Numbered from the stretch's first letter, positions 29,636 to 40,546 are shown. The stretch is DNA of 64,000 bases from Thermofilaceae archaeon (GCA_038861545.1 JAWCCZ010000004.1:128001-192000); one strand, 5' to 3'. The notes: generated from the sequence alone by a model not told the origin. Made by a program: numbers and translations.

Positions 29636-30880
29636 TTACCCCCTTACCATGTTTTTAACAAATTCCTTCAAGAGAAACAAGTCTCTAATGTAGACAAACT
29701 CGTTTTCCGAGTGAACGTTGCAATCTGATCTTATAGCCCCGAAGGCTACTACGGGTATTCCAGCTTCGAAAAAAAACGTTCCGTCATTACCCCCTAGTTC
29801 AGCTGCTGTCGGAACTTTGTACTCTAACCCTCCGGCGGCGTAGGATTTCTGTGCAGCTTCGACAGCCTCGTCTACTAAGTCTTTATCCAGCGTGTACCAA
29901 CCCCTTTGTCCCCAGGCTTTGATCTCGGCTTCAATTGCTAATCGTGCTGTGGCCCGCGAAAAGTATGAGTACAATTCAGTTAATGCTTCTTCCATATCTT
30001 CCTCTGGGAGAAGTCTAACGTCGAAACCTAGCAGAACCTCCGAGGGTACACGATTATGTTTTTCGGGTTCGCCAGGCCCTAGTTTAGTTATAGTGATGCT
30101 AAAACGCCCCCACACTTTTTGAAACGGTGAGTCTGGTGGAGAATTGTAACGTGAAATCTTTGAAAAACGAACTGATTTGTACTCTTCTAGGAGGATGTTA
30201 GCGAGTTTAACAGCAGCTTCAACAGGGTTAACGGTTTTATGCGGGTATCCTGCGTGCCCAGATCTGCCCTTCACTTTAATCCATCCATGAATTACGCCGC
30301 TAGCACCCACTGAAACATACTCGGCTCCAGCGTCAAGTATCACTGCTTTATCCCATCGATACCCTTCCTCTAAGACTGCCCTAACCCCGTAACCACCGAC
30401 TTCCTCATCGCCAGTCACCACTATGCAGGGTCTATACCTGAGCTTATCGCCGGCATTAGCGAGTTCGGCGAACGCTGCAATACTTGCTACTATTGCGGAT
30501 TTATCGTCTGCAGCTCCTCGACCATACACCCTATCTTTACATACAAAAGGCTCGTAAGGGTCTACTGAATGTCCTTCAACATACCATGGCCCACGAGTTG
30601 GGACAACATCGTAGTGACTTACTAGTGCTAAAGTCCTGCCGCTACCTTCAACCTCAATGAAAACCGTAGGTATAATGCCACCTCTATATTCAAGTTTAAT
30701 GAGTTCCGCGCTTAATCCGACTCTTTCTGCTAACCCAACTACCGCCTCAGCAGCTTCCATGTAGCTACTTCGTATAACATCCCCCTTATCTGATACCGAG
30801 ACTTCTGAGCGAATCCTAACCAATCGGCAGAGCTCTTCAACTAAATCGATATTCACGCATCCGAGAGTACGGTGAGTCAT
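29636..30880 (-). CDS. M20/ArgE-DapE family metallopeptidase
   Basis: SHYDVVP, GRGAADDK, DEEVG, HSENE. Confidence 0.88.
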   Translation of the reverse strand: MTHRTLGCVNIDLVEELCRLVRIRSEVSVSDKGDVIRSSYMEAAEAVVGLAERVGLSAELIKLEYRGGIIPTVFIEVEGSGRTLALVSHYDVVPTRGPWYVEGHSVDPYEPFVCKDRVYGRGAADDKSAIVASIAAFAELANAGDKLRYRPCIVVTGDEEVGGYGVRAVLEEGYRWDKAVILDAGAEYVSVGASGVIHGWIKVKGRSGHAGYPHKTVNPVEAAVKLANILLEEYKSVRFSKISRYNSPPDSPFQKVWGRFSITITKLGPGEPEKHNRVPSEVLLGFDVRLLPEEDMEEALTELYSYFSRATARLAIEAEIKAWGQRGWYTLDKDLVDEAVEAAQKSYAAGGLEYKVPTAAELGGNDGTFFFEAGIPVVAFGAIRSDCNVHSENEFVYIRDLFLLKEFVKNMVRG

Positions 30881-30952
30881 GCTTAAATGTTACGCTGTAA
30901 CAGGCTATTAACTCGAGAAAAAGTTAAGAGTACCATTAACCGTAACTCTTTC

Positions 30953-31046
30953 GGGCCGGTAGATCAGGCTGGGAGATCGCCCGCCTTGCAAGCACTTTAA
31001 CAACCAAGTACGCGGGAGGTCCCGGGTTCAAGTCCCGGCCGGTCCA
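30953..31046 (+). tRNA. tRNA-Ala(UGC) with 20-nt intron at 37/38 (30991-31010)
   Basis: G3-U70; anticodon 30987-30989; relaxed BHB/BHL (CTTG/CAAG); exons differ from Ala(CGC) only at positions 32 and 34. Confidence 0.95.
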
Positions 31047-31322
31047 CTTTTTCAACCTCTCAGCGATAACCTACACGCCGACTTGTAGTATATGTAATTG
31101 CCTACGAAAATGTCAGTGAAATACTCGCGTTTACCTTTAACTGTGGAACTTGTTAACCAAGGTTAACTAATGCAGCCTAGGAATTTTGGTTTAAGTCTTA
31201 ACTGTTAGAGCCTCATGTCTTAGCAACCTTTATGTTAATGGGCTCCGTGAAGATTACATGGTATATTTCTGTCTTCTATTAGGATTAGGAATTCTTTAAT
31301 TATAGTATAGTGTACATGACAT

Positions 31323-31955
31323 GTGGTTCAAGCCGGGGTCGACGAAGCCGGTAGAGGACCAGTAATCGGTCCTATGGTAATTGCCTGCGTAGTGCTTAAC
31401 TCGAACAGCGTAAAACTACTCAAGAGGGTTGCGAAGGATTCTAAGAAACTATCTCCACGATCTCGTGAAAAAGTTTACCGAACGATTCTCGAAGTTGCAA
31501 ATGAAGTTAAAATTCGCGTTGTAGAGCCTCTGGAGATCGATGCTGCAGTAGCTGTAAGGGGACTGAATCGCTTGGAGGCCCGCGTAACAGCGGAGCTCTT
31601 AGGCCAACTAACATCGAATATTGATTTAGTTTTTGTAGATTCGCCTGATCCCCAGCCTGACAGGTATGCTGCTCTGGTTAAAGGTTTCTTAACACGCCAC
31701 GAAATAAATATTATAGCAGCGAACCATGCTGAGCTCTTATACCCGCACGTCGCCGCAGCCTCTATCGTTGCTAAAGTTGAGAGAGATAACCTCGTGACTA
31801 AACTCAAGGACACCTATGGCGACTTTGGTTCAGGTTACCCTTCAGATCCAAAAACCATAGCGTTTCTGCGAAAATTTATGGAGAGTGGAGTTAAATACCC
31901 TCCAATAGTAAGGAGGAGTTGGAGAACATTATTAAAAATGAACAAGATAATTTAA
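31323..31955 (+). CDS. rnhB: Ribonuclease HII
   Basis: GVDEAGRG, DSKKL, AAASIVAK, GSGYPSDP. Confidence 0.95.
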   Translation: MVQAGVDEAGRGPVIGPMVIACVVLNSNSVKLLKRVAKDSKKLSPRSREKVYRTILEVANEVKIRVVEPLEIDAAVAVRGLNRLEARVTAELLGQLTSNIDLVFVDSPDPQPDRYAALVKGFLTRHEINIIAANHAELLYPHVAAASIVAKVERDNLVTKLKDTYGDFGSGYPSDPKTIAFLRKFMESGVKYPPIVRRSWRTLLKMNKII

Positions 31956-32032
31956 CAATTTAATTTCACAGCTGTTCTATTCACGAACAAGTTTAGCGTC
32001 GCGCTTATAACCTCATACTTAGCTTATAACTG

Positions 32033-33970
32033 ATGTCGGTAAAAGCAGCGGCTCTCTTGCCGATATTGATTTGCTGCATTAATATATGTTTAGCAGGCTC
32101 CAGCTCAATTATTAGACTAGAGGGGGCGGTTACAGATATGATTCCTTACGACGATTCGTTCATCATAGCTTTTAGCAACGGTACTTTAATACGCCTCTGC
32201 AAGGAAACGGTTCTCTGGAGAGTAAGCACCAACGATAAAGGGTTGCCAGTTCTCCTGCAAACCTCAGAGCCTTATGGCTTCCTAGTTTTTACGAATACTG
32301 GCTGGATCGGATTGATCTCGCCAAGAGGCGAGATCAGCGGTTGGCAAATGCTGCCTGTGGGAATGGATCCTATAAGCAGAGGTTACTATTCATTGCAATA
32401 TAATAATGGTACAGCTGTAATATTTGTTGGCAACCGAGCCTATATTTTAAAGCTCCCAGATCTCGGAGTAGTAGCCTCTGATAGCGTCACTAATAGATAT
32501 GTGAAATGTTCTGTGAGCGATAATGGCGATTTCATCTTTCTACTAGGCATAAACACTTTTTGCTCTTCTTGCATTCAAGCTGACCAACGCCTGATAGTAG
32601 TGAAGCAGGTTAGCCTTGGCAACAACATAATAAGGTATACTCAGAACCATGTGAAAGACGCGGCTGTCAACTGGGAGGGTGCAAAGCTGCTCATAGCTAA
32701 TTGGAGTGCGTTACTTATATGCGATTTGAAAGCAGATAAATTCCAAGTCCTGGACAGCATACCTTTCTTGCACCAAGCGAAGCACTGGAAAAGCTGGGGC
32801 TTTTCACCTAATAGTAAGTTCTTCCATTACACTTATTTGAATGGAAATTATTTGGAACTATATGTATTTGACCTGGAACTAAGAGTCATGGGTTCACGTC
32901 AGTTAGGCCTCGAATTTCAAAACGTCGTTTTCACGAGTGAAATTGACGACACTGGTAACGTGCTTATCCTTTGCCAAGATCCTTCATTGGAAAGCTCCCA
33001 TTACATTTTGCTAGACTCTGCCTTAAATGTAGTGGTAAGCGGTTCGTGGCCAGGACAAGTTAAAGGTATAGTTTTAGCTGAACACGCCGGAGTTTTCTCG
33101 GAGAAAGGTGCACTCATCTTGGAAAATAAAGTTCTAGCACCTACCGAGAAGTTTCTAGTCCTTGTGAAAACTGTGAAGAGAGACTACTCGCCAGTTCCAG
33201 GAGTTTTGATCTGTGCGAACAATACTTGTGGGTTCACTTCAGCTAGTGGCACAATACTGTTTAACCTCCAAAAGGGGTTCGTTACACTTAATGCGTCCCA
33301 CAAAGCGTTTGCACCGTATTCCGCAACGATCAGCATTAATGATAATAAAAACATAATGTTAACACTTCAACAGATTTTTCTCCTAAATATAAGTGCACGG
33401 TTCGATAACGGTACAGTTCCTAAACTCTGTAGAATCCAAGTGTTTGAAGGAAATGCATCTATAGAAATTAGCGAAGCAGTAGGCTGCTCTACACAAACTA
33501 AGCTCCCAGAAGGAAACTATACAATTTTAGTAACTACCGAAAATATAAGTGAAAAACGCTCCTTCAGTTTATTCAGTGATACAGCGGTCGAATTAATGCT
33601 GAAGGGCACATTCCCCTTGCAGATAGTAATCGAAGATGAAGAGGGAAAGCCTTGCAGAGCCACCGTAACTGTTAGCAGTGAAAGCGATAGGATGGCTACA
33701 GTGAATGGATCAACTATTCAGGTAGCTCTTCCTAAGGGGAGATATATTATTGAAGCAACAGCTCCAGGCTACAGCAGCATTAGAAGCGAAATCTCGGTAC
33801 CAAATTCTACTGAAGTTAAGCTCGTGCTAACTAAAGTGGAAAAACCGAGAACATGGCCTATGGACCCAGCTTATATTGTAATCCTGGTTTTCGTTGCCTG
33901 TTTAGTGGTTACTCAGCTGCTTCTCATAAGAAATAGGAAAAAACTAATGCATAGTAGCAGTAGGCGTTAA
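32033..33970 (+). CDS. Secreted membrane-anchored protein, beta-propeller-like N-terminus plus PEGA/carboxypeptidase-regulatory-like repeats
   Basis: Signal peptide, LPEGNY/LPKGRY repeats, C-terminal TM with basic tail. Confidence 0.7.
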   Translation: MSVKAAALLPILICCINICLAGSSSIIRLEGAVTDMIPYDDSFIIAFSNGTLIRLCKETVLWRVSTNDKGLPVLLQTSEPYGFLVFTNTGWIGLISPRGEISGWQMLPVGMDPISRGYYSLQYNNGTAVIFVGNRAYILKLPDLGVVASDSVTNRYVKCSVSDNGDFIFLLGINTFCSSCIQADQRLIVVKQVSLGNNIIRYTQNHVKDAAVNWEGAKLLIANWSALLICDLKADKFQVLDSIPFLHQAKHWKSWGFSPNSKFFHYTYLNGNYLELYVFDLELRVMGSRQLGLEFQNVVFTSEIDDTGNVLILCQDPSLESSHYILLDSALNVVVSGSWPGQVKGIVLAEHAGVFSEKGALILENKVLAPTEKFLVLVKTVKRDYSPVPGVLICANNTCGFTSASGTILFNLQKGFVTLNASHKAFAPYSATISINDNKNIMLTLQQIFLLNISARFDNGTVPKLCRIQVFEGNASIEISEAVGCSTQTKLPEGNYTILVTTENISEKRSFSLFSDTAVELMLKGTFPLQIVIEDEEGKPCRATVTVSSESDRMATVNGSTIQVALPKGRYIIEATAPGYSSIRSEISVPNSTEVKLVLTKVEKPRTWPMDPAYIVILVFVACLVVTQLLLIRNRKKLMHSSSRR

Positions 33971-33999
33971 GTATGGGGTAATAATTAGAGAGCCCTGCT

Positions 34000-34536
34000 A
34001 TGGACCCAAAGACAATCGCAAATATTTCACTTTTTACCGCTCTTGCAGTGTCATTTAGGCTTCTAAAACACGTGATAGCAGGAGCCTTTCAGCTAGTTAA
34101 TTTTCCCTTATCCTTTGCTATGATTGCCGGCTATTTTTCTGGATCGCTGGCAGGCATGCTAACCGGCGCGCTATCCTTCTACTTAAGCGATCTTTTACTC
34201 GGGCTAGGCCCATGGACTTTAGTTAACTCTACGCTAGCAGCTGGTATTGGAGCTGTTTGGGGAGTGCTTCGTAAAAGCCGCTCCATGGGGTGGCCTCTCT
34301 TCATCTTAGCTTTTATTTCAACCTTCGCATACGACGTTCTCTCTTCCTTCCTCCTCTATATGTTGTTCATACGGGAAACTTGGTATGCATTAGTTTACGC
34401 ACTTATAGGTTTATTTCTCCCTAGTATGGGTGGCTATATGGTGGGAGTAGGCCCTATAACGGAGACATTGACAGCTGGAGTTACCACCTTAGTTATTTCC
34501 AGGGTAAGAAAAGCCTTTGGGACAGAGAAATTTTGA
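34000..34536 (+). CDS. ECF transporter S component
   Basis: ISLFTAL, LSDLLLGLGPWT, multiple TM helices. Confidence 0.75.
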   Translation: MDPKTIANISLFTALAVSFRLLKHVIAGAFQLVNFPLSFAMIAGYFSGSLAGMLTGALSFYLSDLLLGLGPWTLVNSTLAAGIGAVWGVLRKSRSMGWPLFILAFISTFAYDVLSSFLLYMLFIRETWYALVYALIGLFLPSMGGYMVGVGPITETLTAGVTTLVISRVRKAFGTEKF

Positions 34537-34539
34537 AAA

Positions 34540-35415
34540 TTAAAGTAGAGAACTGACTGCATTTGCGAGTGGTTCCGCTACACTTATCTTTGAGGTGGGT
34601 GAGGGTATAGTGTCCGTAGCCACTATATCGCTCACCCCTGCATTGTAAAGTTTATCCAGCGCGCTTGAAGCCAGGATTGCATGTGTACAGGCAGCATGTA
34701 CTCTTTTGGCACCGTTCATCAACACAGACTTTGCCGCTAACATTAAAGTGCTTCCAGTGCTTATTATATCATCTACTATAAGTACGTCCTTACCTTCAAC
34801 TTCAATGTTTTTAGGTAAAAGCGAAAGCTCACCTGTAGTCCGATCTCGACGTTTTTCTAGGTAATCGTAGCTAGCCTTTAATAATTCTGCTATGGCCCGA
34901 GCCCTGTGGATAGCTCCCTTATCCGGGGCAAGCACTAGCGGTTGATGTAAAGTCCCCTTAAAGTACTCAGCTAGCTGCACTATCGGTAAAACATTAAGGT
35001 GAGGTATATTCAGCCATTCGTCCAAGGAGGAAGGGTTGTGCACATCTACTGTAATAAACGCATCGGCACCGGCTACTTGGAGAGAACGTAGAATGACTCC
35101 AATGCTAATGGGTTCCCCTTCCATAAAACGCTTATCCTGGCGAGCGTAAGCTAGGTAGGGAACAACGACTACAACCTTAGATGCTCCGGAGTTTTTAACA
35201 GCATCAATCGCTAGAAGTAGTTGGATAAAGCGCTCATCTTGAGGGGGGTGTGTAGAATGTACAAGAATGGCTTTTCCTTTAATTTTTTGAGGGACTCTTA
35301 CATACTTTTCTCCATCTGGAAAAGATTTCTCCTCGATTATGATCAAGTCTTGGGATAGGGTTCTAGCCAATTTAGCGGCTAAACCCAGAGATGAACCCGT
35401 AGCTATTACCGTCAC
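34540..35415 (-). CDS. prs: Ribose-phosphate pyrophosphokinase
   Basis: FPDGE, PYLAYARQD, VDDIISTG. Confidence 0.95.
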   Translation of the reverse strand: MTVIATGSSLGLAAKLARTLSQDLIIIEEKSFPDGEKYVRVPQKIKGKAILVHSTHPPQDERFIQLLLAIDAVKNSGASKVVVVVPYLAYARQDKRFMEGEPISIGVILRSLQVAGADAFITVDVHNPSSLDEWLNIPHLNVLPIVQLAEYFKGTLHQPLVLAPDKGAIHRARAIAELLKASYDYLEKRRDRTTGELSLLPKNIEVEGKDVLIVDDIISTGSTLMLAAKSVLMNGAKRVHAACTHAILASSALDKLYNAGVSDIVATDTIPSPTSKISVAEPLANAVSSLL

Positions 35416-35428
35416 GAAGACCTTGTGT

Positions 35429-37711
35429 TTAAACCCCAGATAAGTTTAACCCGGCTATAACCGCCTGCCCGAGGGCTATTCCACCGTCGCCCGCCGGTAT
35501 TCCGCGAGGAAGAAGAACATTTTTTAACATATTCTTTAAACCTTTGACTAGGTACTCGTTCACTGCAGCACCCCCCGCCAGTAAAACTTGTGGATCAGAA
35601 CAACCTGAAGCTTCTCTAGCTAACAGGCCAAGAGCCTCGCCGAGCCTAACCTGTGCTGTATAAGCTAGATCTTTAACACTATTGTTTCCGATTGCATCAA
35701 TCAGCTTCAGTAGGAAATCCCTAACGAGTACTCTATTGCCTTCCACCTCGATCTTTAGATTATCTAGGAGCCGCCCACCTCTGGCAGCTGCCTCAAGCAT
35801 AACAGCTGGTTCACCCTCATATGTCCTTTCCCAACAAATACCTAAAGCTGCGGATACAACATCAAGAAACCTCCCAACGCTTGAGGTTCTGGGGGAAAGA
35901 CCAATACTTTTTACTGCCACAGCTAACTCGGATAATCCTCCGGGTACAGCTTTGCTAAGACCCAGTTTACTGCAAGCCTTGATTGCTTCCTTCGCGCCGA
36001 TTTCAAGAGACAACGTCGCCGCGAGTATCCGTGCTGGATATATTGTGGCTCGGTCGCCTCCTGGGAGAGGTAAGTGGTCTAAATGCCCTAGTCTTTCATA
36101 ACCAGCGTATGTAACTAATAGGACTTCCCCACCCCACATGGTCCCATCTTCTCCGTAGCCTGCCCCATCGACAGCTACGCCAACAATCGTCTCGTCGAGT
36201 GGTATACTGTTAGATACCATGCATGAGACAATGTGAGCATAGTGGTGCTGAACCTTGACATGGGTGATACCGCGTTCCGCTGCCAGGTTAGATGCTAGAA
36301 GTGTTGTAGGGTAGTTGGGATGTTTATCTGAGACTATGACGTGAGCCTTTACTTTGTAGACCTTCTCTAGGAAACTCAAAGATGAAAGGAGGAAATCCAA
36401 GTTTTCCCTATAGTCCATGTCGCCCGTATACTGTGTGAGGACTACCTTATCGTTAAACGCCACGGCGCCAGCATTGGATAAGTGAGCGCCGAGTGCTACA
36501 ACCTCGTATCTCGTTTTAAATGGAATTTTAATCCATCGTGGAGCGTAACCTCTAGCTCTTCTAAGCATCTGTGGTTTACCGTCGGTTAATCTTACTACAC
36601 TGTCGTCTACCCTATTTATGATTTCTCTATTATGGAGGAGAAAGTAATCAGCGATACCTTTCAGTTCTCTTGTAGCCTCCAAACCTATGCATATAGGTAG
36701 ACCCAGCTTGTTACCACTTGTCATTATAAGGAACTTGTCTTTAGTGTTATTTATTATCAGGTAGTGAAGCGGGGTATAAGGAAGCATCACACCTATATCT
36801 GCTAATCCCGGGGCTATAAGGTCGGAAATGTGTGCTCCTTCCCTCTTCGGTATTAGTACTATGGGTCGCTGAGGTGATTTCAACAATTTAATGTGACCCT
36901 CAGTTGGGCACGCAATTGCTCTAACTACATCCAAGTTAAGTGCCATCAGAGCTAAAGGCTTACGGGGTCTACGCTTTCTAACTCTCAATTTGTTCACGAC
37001 GGTATCATCTGAAGCTAAAGAGGCTAGATGGAAACCCCCTAAGCCCTTTATCGCGACTATGTTTCCTTCATCAATTAACCGAGCAGCCTCTATAATCGGA
37101 TTTTCGCAGGAAACATCTTCGCCTGAAGTATTTAGTAATCTAAGACTCGGCCCACACTTGGGGCAACTAATGCCTTGTGCGTGAAAACGCCTAGTATCAC
37201 TCCAATTACTGTATTCTTCTAGGCAATGGTTGCACATTGGAAAATCCCTCATAGTGGTATTCGTCCTATCATAAGGAGTGGTATACATCATTGAAAAACG
37301 AGGTCCGCACCAAGCGCAAGAGTTAAAGGGATAGCTGTACCACCGAGATCGAAGATCTAGAACCTCTGTTAAGCACTCATCGCAGACTCCTATATCAGGA
37401 GGTATTTGTGATCTTTCGGCAACCGAACTCCCGCTTTCGAGGATTTTAAAAGATGTATAGCCCCGCGGCTCCACATATTGAATTATTATATCTTCGAGTT
37501 CCGCTGGCGGAGGAATATCCAACTTTAAAACTTGGAAAAATTTCTCTATTAACCCATCCGGACCTTCGACCCATACTTCTACCTCTGATCCACCGAGATT
37601 CTTTACATAACCCGTAACTCCGAGTTTAACAGCTACTCTATAAATAAAAGGCCTGAAACCGACTCCCTGCACTACACCGGTGATTCTAACTATCGCGGCT
37701 TTTCGGTTCAT
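35429..37711 (-). CDS. hypF: Hydrogenase maturation carbamoyltransferase
   Basis: VQGVGFRP, CxxC zinc fingers, KGLGGFHL, VQHHYAH, GDGGIALGQ. Confidence 0.95.
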   Translation of the reverse strand: MNRKAAIVRITGVVQGVGFRPFIYRVAVKLGVTGYVKNLGGSEVEVWVEGPDGLIEKFFQVLKLDIPPPAELEDIIIQYVEPRGYTSFKILESGSSVAERSQIPPDIGVCDECLTEVLDLRSRWYSYPFNSCAWCGPRFSMMYTTPYDRTNTTMRDFPMCNHCLEEYSNWSDTRRFHAQGISCPKCGPSLRLLNTSGEDVSCENPIIEAARLIDEGNIVAIKGLGGFHLASLASDDTVVNKLRVRKRRPRKPLALMALNLDVVRAIACPTEGHIKLLKSPQRPIVLIPKREGAHISDLIAPGLADIGVMLPYTPLHYLIINNTKDKFLIMTSGNKLGLPICIGLEATRELKGIADYFLLHNREIINRVDDSVVRLTDGKPQMLRRARGYAPRWIKIPFKTRYEVVALGAHLSNAGAVAFNDKVVLTQYTGDMDYRENLDFLLSSLSFLEKVYKVKAHVIVSDKHPNYPTTLLASNLAAERGITHVKVQHHYAHIVSCMVSNSIPLDETIVGVAVDGAGYGEDGTMWGGEVLLVTYAGYERLGHLDHLPLPGGDRATIYPARILAATLSLEIGAKEAIKACSKLGLSKAVPGGLSELAVAVKSIGLSPRTSSVGRFLDVVSAALGICWERTYEGEPAVMLEAAARGGRLLDNLKIEVEGNRVLVRDFLLKLIDAIGNNSVKDLAYTAQVRLGEALGLLAREASGCSDPQVLLAGGAAVNEYLVKGLKNMLKNVLLPRGIPAGDGGIALGQAVIAGLNLSGV

Positions 37712-37771
37712 GCTAAGCTTCTCAAGTTCGGTGAAACTGAGCCTTTTTAAGCTGACCGTTTTTACTCGCCT

Positions 37772-39211
37772 GTGGTGCTGCTGCTTCGGCTTGGAGAAAT
37801 CACAATAAAAGGAAAGAAGACGCGGAAAAAATTCGAGAAACTATTACTGGCTAACATAGAAGATGCATTCACTTCAGGTAACATACAATACAGAATTAGA
37901 AAAGAGTGGGGAAGGATATTCGTCTATACTAACGCAGAAGAAAAGGCAGTCGAAGTTCTAAAACAAATTTTCGGTATTAAGTCTATCTCGATAGCATATG
38001 AAACCAAGTTTGAAGAATTTGACGATCTAGTTCTTAAAGCGAAGGAATACTTTGTTGACAAAGTAAAAGGTAAGAGGTTCGCCGTTAGGGCCAGGAGAAT
38101 AGGACAGCATAGTTTCACTTCATTAGATGTTGAAAAAGCTTTGGGAGCCGCGTTGCTTAGCTTCGGTGCAGGTGTAGACCTTAGAAATCCGGAGGTCACG
38201 GCTTACGTGGAAATAAGAGGACATAGAGTATATTTTTACACGAATTCGATAAAGGCTTATGGCGGCTTACCGATAGGAAGCGAGGGAAAAGTTATAGCAT
38301 TAGTATCGGGCGGCTTTGACTCTCCAGTTGCGGCGTGGTACGCTTTACGCAGAGGGGCTGCAGTGCATTACCTTCTTTGCAAGATCGGAGGAGATACCCA
38401 AGAGATTGCAGTGTTACACGTACTGAAGACTTTAGCTGATAAATGGAGTTATGGTTACAGGCCAAAACTTTACGTTGTAGATTTTAATGAAATACTGAAG
38501 GAAATGAAAAATAAATGTAACGCCTCTCTGCTCAACTTGATACTTAAGAGATACATGTATAGAGCAGCGGAAGTTATAGCTGCTAGAGAAGGCGCTGAGG
38601 CTATAGTCACTGGCGAATCTTTAGGCCAAGCATCCTCACAGACTCTTAGAAATCTTTATGTGTCATCGCTGGCTGCAAGATTGCAGATACTAAGACCCCT
38701 CATTGGTTTTGATAAAGATGAAATCGTCTCGATAGCTCGCGAAATAGGAACCCACGATGCCTCTGCCAGGGTAAAAGAGTACTGTAGTGTCTTCAGCGAA
38801 CATCCGAAAACCCATGCATCTATGGAAGAAGTAGAGGCAGAAGAAGCTAAACTAGACCCAGCGTTGCTAAGTAAAGCGCTCGAAAACGCTAAGGTTTATG
38901 ATTTGAGAAGTGTAAAAATTGAAGAAAAACTGGAGGGGTTAGAAGTTGACAGGGTTCCCGACGACGCTGTTATAATTACGTTTGAAGCTAAAGAATGGGG
39001 TCAACAGTATCCACCTAGCTCTATACGAATGAGTTTCGACCAACTCCTCGAAAACGTTGGTAAGCTAGATCCATCTTCTACCTATGTGCTTGTGTGTGAT
39101 GAAGGAGCACTGAGTCTGGAAGCCGCCTATATCTTAAGAAAACTTGGAATTAACGCCTATAGTTTTAAAGGGGGGATCAGGCGCTTGAGACGTTTAGCCT
39201 CAGCAACTTAA
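37772..39211 (+). CDS. thiI: tRNA 4-thiouridine synthase with C-terminal rhodanese domain
   Basis: THUMP domain, SGGFDS PP-loop, GESLGQ, rhodanese CDEG. Confidence 0.93.
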   Translation: MVLLLRLGEITIKGKKTRKKFEKLLLANIEDAFTSGNIQYRIRKEWGRIFVYTNAEEKAVEVLKQIFGIKSISIAYETKFEEFDDLVLKAKEYFVDKVKGKRFAVRARRIGQHSFTSLDVEKALGAALLSFGAGVDLRNPEVTAYVEIRGHRVYFYTNSIKAYGGLPIGSEGKVIALVSGGFDSPVAAWYALRRGAAVHYLLCKIGGDTQEIAVLHVLKTLADKWSYGYRPKLYVVDFNEILKEMKNKCNASLLNLILKRYMYRAAEVIAAREGAEAIVTGESLGQASSQTLRNLYVSSLAARLQILRPLIGFDKDEIVSIAREIGTHDASARVKEYCSVFSEHPKTHASMEEVEAEEAKLDPALLSKALENAKVYDLRSVKIEEKLEGLEVDRVPDDAVIITFEAKEWGQQYPPSSIRMSFDQLLENVGKLDPSSTYVLVCDEGALSLEAAYILRKLGINAYSFKGGIRRLRRLASAT

Positions 39212-39215
39212 TTTT

Positions 39216-39944
39216 ATGCGATGGACTCAATTATCCTCTTATTGTTATCTAAGTCCCGTGGGTTTAGCTGAAGACATCGATGAAGTTATTACACGTCTTA
39301 GCTCAAGGCTAGACCCCCCACTGAGTAAAAGGTTAGAAATTCTTGGGGCTAAGCTTAAGGAGCTTGCTCTTCGCCATATGGTCAGCTCCAACCACACAGT
39401 TATGGAGCTCGTAATAGCTAAACACCTTTTAGAAAGAGGCTATGAAGTAGAAGTAGAATACGAGCTTGCCCCCAACTTAGTATGCGATATATTTGCAACC
39501 CGTAATGGCAGGACAATAATAACGGAGGTTGAAACAGGCTTTGTACCTCCTGAGAATTCTACGGACCCCATGGCTTACAGAATGGCTAGAGAGCTCAGTA
39601 AGGTAGCAAGATACAGTAAGCACTCAGATGAGTTCGCGATGGCTATACCTCCCTTTCACATCCTCCAGCTTCCTTACGTGCTTTTCCTTCCACCTGAGGA
39701 GCGTGACCGGTGGGGAATAAAGTACTTTAAAAACCTAATAGATGCTTATTACTCAAAACCCCCCGTAGACTTCGATGAACTAATGACAGCTAAGTTACAC
39801 TACGTTTATGTGGTCCTTGTGGATAGCCTACAGATGATTGAACTTACTGCTGGAGAATATTATAACTTCTTCGTCGAGAGACCGGCATCTCTCCTATGGC
39901 GTACCGGTTGGCCTTTGAGTATCCCACCTTTAGAGGAAGATTGA
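39216..39944 (+). CDS. Conserved hypothetical PD-(D/E)xK-like protein
   Basis: E...CDIFA...EVETG nuclease-like pattern. Confidence 0.6.
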   Translation: MRWTQLSSYCYLSPVGLAEDIDEVITRLSSRLDPPLSKRLEILGAKLKELALRHMVSSNHTVMELVIAKHLLERGYEVEVEYELAPNLVCDIFATRNGRTIITEVETGFVPPENSTDPMAYRMARELSKVARYSKHSDEFAMAIPPFHILQLPYVLFLPPEERDRWGIKYFKNLIDAYYSKPPVDFDELMTAKLHYVYVVLVDSLQMIELTAGEYYNFFVERPASLLWRTGWPLSIPPLEED

Positions 39945-39997
39945 GAAACCCAATCATGCGTCAAATATATTTACTTCGTAATTGGAAAAATAAAAAC

Positions 39998-40546
39998 ATG
40001 GAACACGTGGTAGTTTTAATTCCGGGAATGTTGGGTGCAGGCTGCACCTCAGTGGCGCAGGAGCTTGCTAAGCGCACCGGCCTTCGAATAATTAATAGCG
40101 AGTACATTATTAGAGGAATTGTAAGCGAAAAACGCGTCTCATTCACGGAGCTTGCCAACATGGCTAGGGATGGCGAGATAGACCTTGAAGATTTAGTTAG
40201 GAGTATCGCTGTCGATCATGTGAGAGAGGGGGGTGTCATCGTTGAAGGCCGTACAGCTCTGATGGTTCTTAACCAGCCAGTCACGCTGAAAGTTTTTCTG
40301 TACGCGGACAAGAGAGCAAGAATTGAGAGAATTGCTAAAAGGAGAAACATTAGCGCAGAAGATGCTCGAGAAGAAATCGAGCATAGCGATGCTGATAGGA
40401 ACAGGCTTACAGAAAGATTTTACAAGAAGCCGTACACTGATCCAACTCTCTACGACATAATGCTTGACACTACGAATCTCGCTTTCAGTGATGCTGCAAC
40501 AATAATAGAAAGTATATTAAAGCAGCGTATCCCCTTTAAAAGGTAA
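39998..40546 (+). CDS. Cytidylate kinase-like protein
   Basis: GGVIVEGR, RIERIAKRR, YDIMLDT; P-loop GMLGAGCT; ATG 39998 preferred. Confidence 0.8.
   Translation: MEHVVVLIPGMLGAGCTSVAQELAKRTGLRIINSEYIIRGIVSEKRVSFTELANMARDGEIDLEDLVRSIAVDHVREGGVIVEGRTALMVLNQPVTLKVFLYADKRARIERIAKRRNISAEDAREEIEHSDADRNRLTERFYKKPYTDPTLYDIMLDTTNLAFSDAATIIESILKQRIPFKR

Noticed and set aside
23394-31046. Near-identical tRNA-Ala copies as att sites of an integrated element
   Set aside because: Both are complete isoacceptors (CGC and UGC) with their own introns and promoters; the enclosed genes are housekeeping (cysS, pyrG, glk) and there is no integrase
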